A stretch of DNA of 64,000 nt from positions 1,549 through 65,548 of the IMG/VR virus record IMGVR_UViG_2846802666_000001; one strand, given 5' to 3'. The notes below the pieces were generated by a model, which worked only from the letters and a program-made list of their open reading frames with translations, did not search any database and had not been told where the DNA came from. This document shows, piece after piece, positions 1-8,572 of the stretch (positions are counted from its first letter, which is position 1; each line of letters begins with the position of its first letter). Source of the DNA: a virus. Taxonomy: Duplodnaviria > Caudoviricetes. A program made the position numbers and the translations under genes.

Positions 1-669
1 GTGCTGCGCTACATGGCGGAAAGCTACGACATGCTGATCGAAGGCGTGCCCGCTGCCATGATCGAAAATGCCGCGAAATTCGCCGGCATGCCGGTCGGCC
101 CGCTGGCGCTGAACGATGAGGTGGCCATCGATCTTTCCTACAAGATCCTCAAAGCCACCGTCGCTGATCTCGGCGACAAGGCCGTCGATCCGCGCCATAT
201 GGAGCTGGTAAAGAAGCTGGTGGAAGGCGAGGGCCGTTTCGGCCGCAAGAACGCCAAGGGCTTTTACGACTACCCGCCAAAGCCCGCCAAGAAATCCCTC
301 TGGCCCGGCCTGAAGGACCTCTATCCTCAGCAGAAACCTGAAGACGTGGACATGGAGGTGCTGAAACAGCGCTTCCTCGTCACGGTGGCGCTGGAAGCCG
401 CTCGCACGGTGGAAGAGGGCATCGTCACCGATCCGCGCGAGGCGGATGTCGGCTCCATCCTCGGTTTCGGCTTTGCGCCCTATACCGGCGGGGCATTGTC
501 TTACATTGACGGCATGGGCGTGAAGAATTTCGTCGCGCTGGCTGAGAAGCTCAGCGAAGCCTATGGCCCGCGCTTCAAGCCGACGCCGCTTCTGAAGGAC
601 ATGGCTGCCAAGGGCGAGACCTTCTACGGTCGTTTCGACCCCTATGCCAGCGCCGCCAAGGCGGCATAA
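1..669 (+). CDS. 3' part of fatty-acid oxidation complex alpha subunit (3-hydroxyacyl-CoA dehydrogenase C-terminal domains), host gene truncated by window edge
   Basis: GMPVGPLALNDEVAIDL, GRFGRKNAKGFYDY and EADVGSILGFGFAPYTGG motifs typical of FadB/FadJ C-terminus. Confidence 0.9.
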   Translation: MLRYMAESYDMLIEGVPAAMIENAAKFAGMPVGPLALNDEVAIDLSYKILKATVADLGDKAVDPRHMELVKKLVEGEGRFGRKNAKGFYDYPPKPAKKSLWPGLKDLYPQQKPEDVDMEVLKQRFLVTVALEAARTVEEGIVTDPREADVGSILGFGFAPYTGGALSYIDGMGVKNFVALAEKLSEAYGPRFKPTPLLKDMAAKGETFYGRFDPYASAAKAA

Positions 670-689
670 GGCACCAAGGCAGATTATCG

Positions 690-713
690 AACAGGCCCTT
701 CGGGGCCTGTTTT
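690..713 (+). terminator. Rho-independent terminator
   Basis: AACAGGCCC-TTCG-GGGCCTGTT hairpin followed by T-rich tail just after the stop codon. Confidence 0.85.
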
Positions 714-825
714 ATTATGCCTGTCTCCCTGCTTTCCGTGCATCCTTTGCCGGGCTGAGGCGTTGAAAAGGCTAACCGGGCAAAAGCGCCCGCGCCACAC
801 AATCAGCACGCCTCAGGAGACAGCG

Positions 826-1257
826 ATGAAAGCACCACTGCGATCCCACGGTTTCGACAAGCCCTCGGACCTCGATGACCATCTGGCCGAACTGGACGAA
901 GAGGCTGAGGCAAGGGCGGCGGATGCACAGGTGGAAAAACCCGCAGCAAAGAGAACGCGTGCTGCCGATGCCATCGATCCGAAGCTGCGTGCCGAACTGG
1001 ATGAGCTTCGCAAAGAGGTCGAAAAGATTCGCCGCGACGTCAAACGGCTGGAGGCCGCCCAGCATTCCCGCCACAGGCCCGCACTGCCGCAGCATGAACG
1101 CGACCGTGAGAATTCCCGCCTGATGACCGTGGTGCGCTCCGTTGCCGTCACCTCGCTCGCCAGCCGCATCTTCGCGTCTTCGCCCGTCATGGCGGCGCTG
1201 GTGGCTGTGGTGCCACTCGCACTTGGCCTTGCCGCACGGCGCGGCCAAGGGGCATAG
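826..1257 (+). CDS. Hypothetical host protein, coiled coil plus C-terminal hydrophobic segment
   Basis: AGGAG RBS before ATG 826; charged coiled-coil middle, hydrophobic tail. Confidence 0.7.
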   Translation: MKAPLRSHGFDKPSDLDDHLAELDEEAEARAADAQVEKPAAKRTRAADAIDPKLRAELDELRKEVEKIRRDVKRLEAAQHSRHRPALPQHERDRENSRLMTVVRSVAVTSLASRIFASSPVMAALVAVVPLALGLAARRGQGA

Positions 1258-1444
1258 CCGCCGTCGAGGTACGGACCCCGTTTCGCTCGAATTGGTCCTG
1301 CCCCAACCCTGCGTTGGGGCGGACGCGTCACCTCCGGCGAATGCCTGAGAGAGGATTTCCCTTGCAATCCGGCTTTCATCCGGCACACATTTCAGCCATC
1401 CACAGGCGCTGTGAAAAAACTGTCAAAAAACTTCGCGATGGCGC

Positions 1445-1472
1445 TTGCCATGTCCGAACAAGATGTTATAAC
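1445..1472 (+). promoter_or_regulatory. Sigma70-type promoter of tRNA-Phe
   Basis: TTGCCA-N16-TATAAC upstream of the tRNA. Confidence 0.6.
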
Positions 1473-1540
1473 CCCGCTCACTTTCGGGGCACCAAACAGC
1501 CCCGCCCGCCAAAAGCGGAGGTTCTTCAAGGACCTGAAGT

Positions 1541-1616
1541 GCCCGGATAGCTCAGTTGGTAGAGCAGCGGATTGAAAATCCGCGTGTCGGTGGTTCAAAT
1601 CCGCCTCCGGGCACCA
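1541..1616 (+). tRNA. tRNA-Phe(GAA)
   Basis: Canonical cloverleaf GCCCGGATAGCTCAGTTGGTAGAGCAGCGGATTGAAAATCCGC...GGTTCAAATCC...CACCA, anticodon GAA. Confidence 0.98.
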
Positions 1617-1618
1617 TT
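1569..1618 (+). repeat. att core, copy 1 (attL of satellite), 50-bp direct repeat
   Basis: Identical to 14118-14167; equals the 3' half of tRNA-Phe plus TT. Confidence 0.97.
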
Positions 1619-1673
1619 CTAAGCCCTTGGTATGTCTATCTTTTTCCATTATTTAGCATCCGTTCATAAAACC

Positions 1674-1705
1674 GGGTTTGACACTTTTCTCAAGAAGGTT
1701 TGACA
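1674..1705 (+). repeat. Probable integrase arm-type sites (GTTTGAC repeats)
   Basis: GGGTTTGACA 1674 and GGTTTGACA 1697, matched by GTTTGACA 14028 and GGGTTTGAC 14067 inside the other end. Confidence 0.6.
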
Positions 1706-2772
1706 ACTTTCGTTTTTCGTCTGTTCACTTCGGCTGCAAAATCCTTCACTGCGGCGACGGTGTTTTTCGACATGTCGGCACGGCGGGAATAGTGCTTTGC
1801 CATCGCCTCGGTACGCTGTCCGAGAACGTTCGCGATGGTTCCGTAGTCCATGTTCATCTCTCTCAGGATGGTCGCGACGGTGTGGCGTAGACCCTTCAGC
1901 GTGAGGCCAGGTTGGACGCTGCCAGCTTCTTCAAGTTTAAGGCGGATCGGTCGCCATGAAGCTCTGAACCCTGAAACCGTCCACGGCTTGCCGTGGGTGT
2001 TGGCGCACAAGGTGATTGCCGAGTGAGGTGGCGCAGCTGCGAGAGCTTCCTCAACAGGCTTCACCAGAGGCAGATAGACCGCTTCACCAGTCTTTCCCCG
2101 TCGCGTGTCGATCATGCCCGCCTGAACCGCTGTGCGGGGCAGGGAGAGCGCGTCTTGCGGATCGAGGCCGTAGAACATCATGAGGGTGACGGCAGGCAGC
2201 ATATGCGGCGGCAGGGCGGCAAGAACCGCGTCCCGCTCCGCGTCCATCCACGGCCGGTTCGCTTGCGGCGCGTTCTTCGGGCGTTTGATAGCCTTGATGC
2301 CGGTCGCTGGATTGTCTTTCACTTCGCCGCGCTCTTTGCCCCATGCGAACAGCAGGGAAAGGACGGTGCGCACGTAGGAGCCGAATTTCCGGCCCTTGCT
2401 CTCTCCGGCCTTGTCGCGGATCTTGACGATCAGCGGCGGCGTGAAGCTGGTGAGCGGCGTGTCCTCAATGCTTTTCAGGTAATCGAAGCATTTCTGATAG
2501 TCGGAGCGCGTCCGGTCGGAAATGTCATCCTGAAAAGCACCGCTGGCGCGATACTTCTTGATCAGCGCGCCGAGCGTGCCGGCGCGGGTGATTTCGCTTT
2601 TCTGATGAAGCTGGCTTATGCGGTAACATTCGCCGTAGAACTCCATCGTCCAGAGCGGGAATTTCTCCAGGTCAATGACGGAGCCTGTTTTCCGATGATA
2701 ACACCGCCACCTGTGAGGCGGCTTCTTATCCTGAAAAATCTGAAAGCCCTTCGGGCGCTTCCTGTCTGCCAT
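1690..2772 (-). CDS. int: Tyrosine recombinase/integrase of the satellite
   Basis: LKGLRHT...LGQRTEAMAKHY catalytic region; adjacent to att site. Confidence 0.92.
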   Translation of the reverse strand: MADRKRPKGFQIFQDKKPPHRWRCYHRKTGSVIDLEKFPLWTMEFYGECYRISQLHQKSEITRAGTLGALIKKYRASGAFQDDISDRTRSDYQKCFDYLKSIEDTPLTSFTPPLIVKIRDKAGESKGRKFGSYVRTVLSLLFAWGKERGEVKDNPATGIKAIKRPKNAPQANRPWMDAERDAVLAALPPHMLPAVTLMMFYGLDPQDALSLPRTAVQAGMIDTRRGKTGEAVYLPLVKPVEEALAAAPPHSAITLCANTHGKPWTVSGFRASWRPIRLKLEEAGSVQPGLTLKGLRHTVATILREMNMDYGTIANVLGQRTEAMAKHYSRRADMSKNTVAAVKDFAAEVNRRKTKVVKPS

Positions 2773-3008
2773 TAGCCGAGCTTCGCAATAATCGCGTCGT
2801 CGCCCGAGGCCTCGCCGCCCTTCAGGGCGTCAAGAAAGGCGTCGAGATCCTGCATATCGTAAACCTTCCCGCCGGACGGCATCGCCACCGGCTTCACATG
2901 GCAGTCGATAGGGAATTTACGGACAGAAAGGCCGCAGTAATCTGCGGCCTCCTTCAGCGTCAGCATGCGCCGGGGCGCAACTCTAATGTTGAGCGTTGCG
3001 CTTGCCAT
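2772..3008 (-). CDS. Excisionase-like HTH DNA-binding protein
   Basis: RMLTLKEAADYCGLS...VYDMQDLDAFLD; directly upstream of int. Confidence 0.8.
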   Translation of the reverse strand: MASATLNIRVAPRRMLTLKEAADYCGLSVRKFPIDCHVKPVAMPSGGKVYDMQDLDAFLDALKGGEASGDDAIIAKLG

Positions 3009-3547
3009 TAGTTCTGTTCCTCGATGAATGGCGGAAATCCGTCTCTGATCTTCCGGATTATCTTAGGTGCATAGTTCCAGATTTCCTCGGCGGCTGCGCC
3101 ATAAACGCAGAAGATCGACGAAAAATAGAAGCACCCGGCGATAGGCTCGCCGGTCCGGACGTTCACATGGTTGAAGCGCTCAAGCCAGCACTCGACAATT
3201 TCATTTAACCTGCCGCTCACCTGATAAAGACCAGGACCATCGTACTCGGCAAATTTGCGATAGCCTTGTATAGACATCCAGAAAGTGCCATCGCCCCGGC
3301 TCTCCAAGTGATGATTACATCCTGTTGTCTCAGGATGCATTTGCATCAGGATCGACCGCAGCTGCGCCACGCAATCATCCATTTGGCTTTCGAGGCTCTG
3401 GGGGACGCGGTCAGTTTTGGCAGCTGCTTCGGCCACGGCGACGGTCGGGACAGCAGCGGCCGCAGTCGCCGCAAGGAAGGATCGGCGCGACATCGCGCCA
3501 ATGGCACTTGCGCCACCGGCCATTTTCTGATTAATCTTCATACGCAT
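3008..3547 (-). CDS. Hypothetical protein
   Basis: Long ORF abutting the excisionase gene; start position uncertain. Confidence 0.6.
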   Translation of the reverse strand: MRMKINQKMAGGASAIGAMSRRSFLAATAAAAVPTVAVAEAAAKTDRVPQSLESQMDDCVAQLRSILMQMHPETTGCNHHLESRGDGTFWMSIQGYRKFAEYDGPGLYQVSGRLNEIVECWLERFNHVNVRTGEPIAGCFYFSSIFCVYGAAAEEIWNYAPKIIRKIRDGFPPFIEEQN

Positions 3548-3590
3548 TGAATGACCTTTCACGGGGTTAGGAAAAGCCGACGCTGGTTTA

Positions 3591-3773
3591 CTAGGCCTGA
3601 GCGTCGGCTTTTTTCGTTTCAACATTGTCGGATATTGCCGTCTGCAACTGGAAGATAATTTCCGAGTTCATGGAACGGCAATTGCGCATCGCCATATCCT
3701 TCAACTGTTCGCGCATCCCTTTCGGGAACCGCAGATTAAATTGATCCACTACTGCTCTATCTGAAAGACTCAC
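3591..3773 (-). CDS. Arc-family ribbon-helix-helix regulator (Cro-like role)
   Basis: DQFNLRFPKGMREQLKDMAMRNCRSMNSEII Arc signature; AAGGAGG RBS. Confidence 0.85.
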   Translation of the reverse strand: MSLSDRAVVDQFNLRFPKGMREQLKDMAMRNCRSMNSEIIFQLQTAISDNVETKKADAQA

Positions 3774-3789
3774 CTTGACGCCTCCTTAC

Positions 3790-3859
3790 TGGTATGTCGA
3801 GCAGACCATATGCCTGACATACCATTGACGTCAAGCAGGATAGTATGCTGGACATATCA
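3790..3859. promoter_or_regulatory. Divergent promoter/operator region with three related 14-mers
   Basis: TGGTATGTCGAGCA 3790, inverted TGCCTGACATACCA 3811 and TGCTGGACATATCA 3846; TTGACG at 3825. Confidence 0.6.
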
Positions 3860-3876
3860 AAACAGGAGAATTTTAG

Positions 3877-4500
3877 TTGAAAGTTCCAAGTCGCGGCTCT
3901 GACCAGTTCAATTTGCGCCTGCCCGATGGGATGCGCGACCGCATCGCGCTCGAGGCCGACAAAGCCGGACGCTCGATGAACGCCGAAATTATCGCACGCC
4001 TGAGCTTCACTTTGGACAGCAACTTGAGTGACAGAGAAACACTCAACAGGACTATCGATGATCAGCGCATGCAATTGCGCGAATACATAAATCAAACCGT
4101 CCGCGTCATAACCGAAAAAAACAGTCTCGCCTTTGCGCTAAAAAAAGCGGAAGGCGCGAACCGGCAAAATGTCCTGTTTCTCGAAGCTCTTTGCAATCTC
4201 CTGGCTGATGACGTGAATATTCCAGAACACATTCGTTCGTTTGCTCACAAAACGCTGGAAGGTATATTTACTGGGGAAATTCTGCGCGAGAGCGGTCCTG
4301 AAGAGATCACCAGCGCAACAGAAGAGATGAATGAAATCGCGCGGGATGTGAAAGAAAACGCGCGGTCTCGTGCTGAGAGCGACCCATGGGCGCAGGCTTT
4401 CGGCAACAACGGCTATTTCATCACGAACGATATTTCACAGCGCGACCCTACAAAGATTCCTGATGGGCCTGAGACAAACGGAGATAAGCGCAAAAAATAG
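3877..4500 (+). CDS. Arc-family repressor with long C-terminal domain
   Basis: SRGSDQFNLRLPDGMRDRIALEADKAGRSMNAEIIARL; divergent from the short Arc gene. Confidence 0.85.
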   Translation: MKVPSRGSDQFNLRLPDGMRDRIALEADKAGRSMNAEIIARLSFTLDSNLSDRETLNRTIDDQRMQLREYINQTVRVITEKNSLAFALKKAEGANRQNVLFLEALCNLLADDVNIPEHIRSFAHKTLEGIFTGEILRESGPEEITSATEEMNEIARDVKENARSRAESDPWAQAFGNNGYFITNDISQRDPTKIPDGPETNGDKRKK

Positions 4501-4530
4501 CGACATTGGCATCCGCCGGCGGTGCGTCCT

Positions 4531-5022
4531 TTAGATTCGGTACTTCGAGACCATCGCAGGGATCTCACGTTGAAAAGCGAAAAACGCCTCTTTGTAAGGC
4601 ATGTATGCGTCAGTGAAACCCTCGTGCATGTTTTTCAAGTCGCCATTAACTCTCCGCTGATTAGCATTTGCCATCCAACCCTCGTACTGAGTGGCCTTGA
4701 CGTCAATGTCACGTAAAGCGACCATAGTCTCTGGAAAATGCATAGACGCTATCGCTATAGCTTTCGAGAGCGGAGAAATTGGAAGCTCCTTAGCTTCGCC
4801 GTACACATGAGTACTTCTTTTAACCTCTAGCCAGTGATCGAATTCAAACAGGGCAGTAATCAGCGTTTCAAATAGTTTTTGGCGCTTCTCCCGCTTGGCT
4901 GCCTTCGATGTGAGAGTATGAGTGACAAGCGGGCCTATCGCCGTGCCAACAACGGCGATCACGCCGCCAACTATTACCGGGCCTAGAACGGCCCAGATCG
5001 ATGCAGTTGCGCTTGCTTCCAT
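4531..5022 (-). CDS. Hypothetical protein with N-terminal transmembrane helix
   Basis: Hydrophobic N-terminus followed by helical region. Confidence 0.7.
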   Translation of the reverse strand: MEASATASIWAVLGPVIVGGVIAVVGTAIGPLVTHTLTSKAAKREKRQKLFETLITALFEFDHWLEVKRSTHVYGEAKELPISPLSKAIAIASMHFPETMVALRDIDVKATQYEGWMANANQRRVNGDLKNMHEGFTDAYMPYKEAFFAFQREIPAMVSKYRI

Positions 5023-5074
5023 TGCTCACCCTCAAAGAATACGATGAAAAAATCATATCCGGATCGGCATATAA

Positions 5075-5575
5075 CTATTGTAGTTCGCATGCCTTCAGGA
5101 ACTGGCCGGCCGCTTTCGTCGAACCATCGGGCGAAATATCAACGGAATGCTTGCTGTCCAGACTTTCGACATGCAAGCCGGCCAGAATCTTCTTTTTTGC
5201 GCCGCCGATGGATTTCACGATGGTGGCTTTCTGATCATCCTGAACGTCTGCTTTAAAGCCTCCGTATTTCTCATTGTGTTGGTAGGCCTCGCCATCAAGG
5301 CGCACTGCTTCACCACTATCGACCTTGAGAACAATGACGCCTTTAAGCGAAGTGTCGATATCCTCCTTCATCGGGAAGATGAAAGAGACGGAGACGTTAC
5401 GCTCGGCGTCACAGGTTATGTAGACGGATCCGGAAACAGCACTGCCAAGCATGACAGCCGTCTGCTTACCGCTGAATACGTCCTCTTCCGATTTCGTGAA
5501 CCAGCCGTTGGCAAAAGACGCGCCAGCCGATGCAAGAAGGAACGCTGCACTAAGCCACGATTTTCGTATCGACAT
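5075..5575 (-). CDS. Putative exported protein
   Basis: Signal peptide MSIRKSWLSAAFLLASAGASFA. Confidence 0.75.
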   Translation of the reverse strand: MSIRKSWLSAAFLLASAGASFANGWFTKSEEDVFSGKQTAVMLGSAVSGSVYITCDAERNVSVSFIFPMKEDIDTSLKGVIVLKVDSGEAVRLDGEAYQHNEKYGGFKADVQDDQKATIVKSIGGAKKKILAGLHVESLDSKHSVDISPDGSTKAAGQFLKACELQ

Positions 5576-5832
5576 TTAAACCCCCGAATTTCGATGCGAT
5601 TATGGATTGAGTATAAGAATGAATGAACGTTATCAGGGAAAATTCAGATCGCCAACTTGGCGACTTGAAAACTGGTGGGGAATTTCCCCAGCAATCAACC
5701 GGGGGGATCTTCTCCCAGTTGCCGTGTCCGCATCCGACACCCACAATGTATAAGTGTCTCTTGTTTCCCGCTTTGATTGAACGGATAATAATTTTCTGGC
5801 AGCTTGTGTTGTTCGATTTTCGGGGGAAAGAT

Positions 5833-6312
5833 ATGAAATTCAAGAAAGCAATAGTTGCACTGGCGACACTGATGTTGGCCAGCTGCGTACAGTCTGTCAC
5901 GGTGAAAACGCCATTCAATACAGCGGAGCATGAATTCGCCGCCAAGCCAGGTAAAGCGACGGTTAGCGCTCAAGCCTTCATGCGCAGAAATGACGGGATG
6001 GTGGTATACGCTGCCGGCAGCAATGCAATGCTGTTACCAGCCTCAAGCTATGTCCGCGAACTATATGACACCAGTCAAAAGGTCTACGGCGCGCCGCCAG
6101 TCACCAATCTTGATATCCGGTTGAAGGATTATACAAAAATCGCTCAAGCGAACGGAGAGGGAAGATTTTCGTTTCACGGCGTTCCAGATGGCGAGTATCT
6201 CGTGGTTACGAACGTCAACTGGCGGGCTGGTGACAGTACACAGGGCGGCGATCTGACGAAGTTCATCACTGTGAGCAATGGGCAAAACGTTGACGTTATC
6301 CTGACTCGCTAG
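5833..6312 (+). CDS. Putative lipoprotein (transthyretin/carboxypeptidase-regulatory-like beta-sandwich)
   Basis: Lipobox LASC; GRFSFHGVPDGEYLV motif. Confidence 0.75.
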   Translation: MKFKKAIVALATLMLASCVQSVTVKTPFNTAEHEFAAKPGKATVSAQAFMRRNDGMVVYAAGSNAMLLPASSYVRELYDTSQKVYGAPPVTNLDIRLKDYTKIAQANGEGRFSFHGVPDGEYLVVTNVNWRAGDSTQGGDLTKFITVSNGQNVDVILTR

Positions 6313-6327
6313 AGCAGAGGCATTATA

Positions 6328-6900
6328 GTGATTGAGCTTGTAAAATCCTTTGCTTCATCGGGTGTAGGTCAGGCGCTGATCATCGCAGCAATTACGGCGA
6401 TTGTTGCGCGTATTTTCACGCCCAAAGGCAAGCTGATATGGGGCGTTTCTCACCAGCACCACTACCGCATGCCAAACCTTTCAAACGGTGAAACTTTTCC
6501 GGTCGTCACGCAACAGGTCTGGTTCCAAAACACTGGGCGATCTCCAATTCAGGAAATTGAAGTCGTATTCAATTGGAAACCGCAGCACTTCGAAATATGG
6601 GACCCCAGACATTGGGGAGCTGATTTTCTTCCAGACCGCCGTTTCGTGATCAAGATACCCTCTCTCAACAGCCGGGAGATATTCACGCTATCAATGATCG
6701 ACACCGTAAATGAGCTTCCCGCTGTTCTGTCGGTTCGATGGCTAGGCGGCATTGGGAAACAGGTGGAAATGGTACCCCAGAGGCAGTTTTCCACCGTGTT
6801 CAATGTGACTGTTTTGGCCATTCTTTTCGCAGGGACAATTTCAATATTGTATTTTCTGCTTCAGCTCGTGCTGTGGTTTGTTGGAACGCCTTCGGCGTGA
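6328..6900 (+). CDS. Hypothetical membrane protein
   Basis: N- and C-terminal hydrophobic helices flanking a soluble domain. Confidence 0.7.
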   Translation: MIELVKSFASSGVGQALIIAAITAIVARIFTPKGKLIWGVSHQHHYRMPNLSNGETFPVVTQQVWFQNTGRSPIQEIEVVFNWKPQHFEIWDPRHWGADFLPDRRFVIKIPSLNSREIFTLSMIDTVNELPAVLSVRWLGGIGKQVEMVPQRQFSTVFNVTVLAILFAGTISILYFLLQLVLWFVGTPSA

Positions 6901-7298
6901 GATGGTGTGCTCTCACCGAGCCAAAGCATGCACCATCGCCAAAAGAGCCGCCAACTTGGCGACTCTTTTGGCGATGGGATGACAACATTTCTCGTCTGGA
7001 TTCGTGCGTTTCTCGCAAATCGCTTGTGGATAGTTATCCAAGCTGGTGACAAAGCCAGCGATTCCAGAGTCATAATGCGCGTGTGCCGGAGAGTAGATGC
7101 GCTTAGAATCGCAACAAAGATCTACTCCCCGTGCACTGGCGACCCCCGGAAGAGGGAGGACGGCTGCAACCGATCCTCCCTCACCTGTCCGGATAACAAC
7201 CATTCTTCAACAATCCGTCTGCCCTGCAAAGCCCCAAGCTGCTTTTTGCAAGCATTTTTGTTAGGAAACCGAACCCCGAATGTGGCGAAGGCATAAAA

Positions 7299-7814
7299 AT
7301 GGAAGATCCTGACGACTCTACACTGGTGGAACATTGGACCGACGAAAAACGCCGGGAGCGTTACCAGTACTATGCCCGCGAAAAATACGAATTCTATAAG
7401 GCAGCGAGAGAGGTCGCCTTTAAAGCTAACATTGAATATGGAAAGTGGCTTTTAGCCTCCGGACTAGTTGTTCATGGAGGAGCGATATACGCGATAAACG
7501 CTATCAAAGATGGATCGAAACCAACACTCATGCATGGACTGCTAGTGGGAGCGCAGTGGAATGTTGCAGGGATCGTGTTCGTTCTAATTGCCGGATTATC
7601 GGCTTGGCTAAATTTTCAGTACGCTGCGCATATCTACAACGACTGGGCTAACCCACTGATGGTCTACAAGACCGATCAGTTCCCCGAGGACAGTAATAAG
7701 GCCGATCCTGTTGGTGCAACACGCCTGCTTTCGATATTCGCGGGTCTACTTGCACTATGGGCTTTTGTCGCCAGCGCTGCGAATGTGTTTTTCGCTTTGA
7801 AAAGCGCTTATTGA
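7299..7814 (+). CDS. Hypothetical membrane protein (about 3 TM helices)
   Basis: ATG start, three hydrophobic stretches. Confidence 0.7.
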   Translation: MEDPDDSTLVEHWTDEKRRERYQYYAREKYEFYKAAREVAFKANIEYGKWLLASGLVVHGGAIYAINAIKDGSKPTLMHGLLVGAQWNVAGIVFVLIAGLSAWLNFQYAAHIYNDWANPLMVYKTDQFPEDSNKADPVGATRLLSIFAGLLALWAFVASAANVFFALKSAY

Positions 7815-7923
7815 TATCCTCTGTGAAGATCGCGGGCGCGCATGCGGTATGCGAATTGGAATTGACTATCGGCTTCCTGTTCACTGATATCCGCCATCGG
7901 TAAAATATCCAGGCAAGATTCGA

Positions 7924-8325
7924 TTGATTACTTTCACGCCTTCGCGCGGCAACATCCTCATGTGCGACTTTGACATGGCAACGGTACCGCCAGAGATGCG
8001 CAAGCGCCGCCGTGTTATTGTCCTTTCCCCCAAATCTTATAACAAGCGGCCAAGCATGGCCGTGCCGGGCAAATGCATCGTGGTGCCGCTGTCAGCGACC
8101 GAACCCCGCACGCCTCAACCTTCGCACGTTGCTATTCCTGATGATCGATACGCTAGCGTCACGAAGCCGGTATGGGCGATCTGCGAAATGGTGGCGCACG
8201 TCTCCCATGCCCGCCTTGATCGTGTAGCATCTGGCAAGAAATTCCTGTCTGAAAGCATCACGGCAGATGATCTACAGAGCATCGAAAATGCGCTCAAACA
8301 TGCACTGGGTTTTCCAGCCGAATGA
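7924..8325 (+). CDS. PemK/MazF-family endoribonuclease toxin, no adjacent protein antitoxin
   Basis: GNILMCDF...PEMRKRRRVIVLSP...CIVVPLSAT...WAICEMVAHVSHARL. Confidence 0.85.
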   Translation: MITFTPSRGNILMCDFDMATVPPEMRKRRRVIVLSPKSYNKRPSMAVPGKCIVVPLSATEPRTPQPSHVAIPDDRYASVTKPVWAICEMVAHVSHARLDRVASGKKFLSESITADDLQSIENALKHALGFPAE

Positions 8326-8367
8326 AACATCATGCAACATGATGCAACAGCATGGCTTCACATTGGA

Positions 8368-8460
8368 CTTGAATTTTCTGCGTTCACAGACTATATCAAG
8401 GTCACTTCCCGAAAGGGGCTTGCGGGCCTGTCCAGCGTGAAAGCGCTGGCAGGCCTAAAT
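8368..8460 (+). ncRNA. Putative small structured RNA with its own promoter
   Basis: CTTGAA-N17-CTATAT (rhizobial sigma70-like) then CCC-GAAA-GGG and GGCCTG-T-CCAGCG-TGAAAG-CGCTGG-CAGGCC hairpins. Confidence 0.4.
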
Positions 8461-8572
8461 CATTTCTGGCGACAAGCTTACCGGCCGCCGCCGCCACCTG
8501 GTTTGCTGATCTCCGGCGGAAAGGTGCAGCCCGTGTCGGCGTCTCTCATACCCTTGCCAGCTGCTCCATTCC

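Noticed and set aside
3008-3625. Tat-exported protein (SRRSFLAATAAA)
   Set aside because: The motif is internal to the likely start and the gene lies in the xis-int operon; export is unsupported
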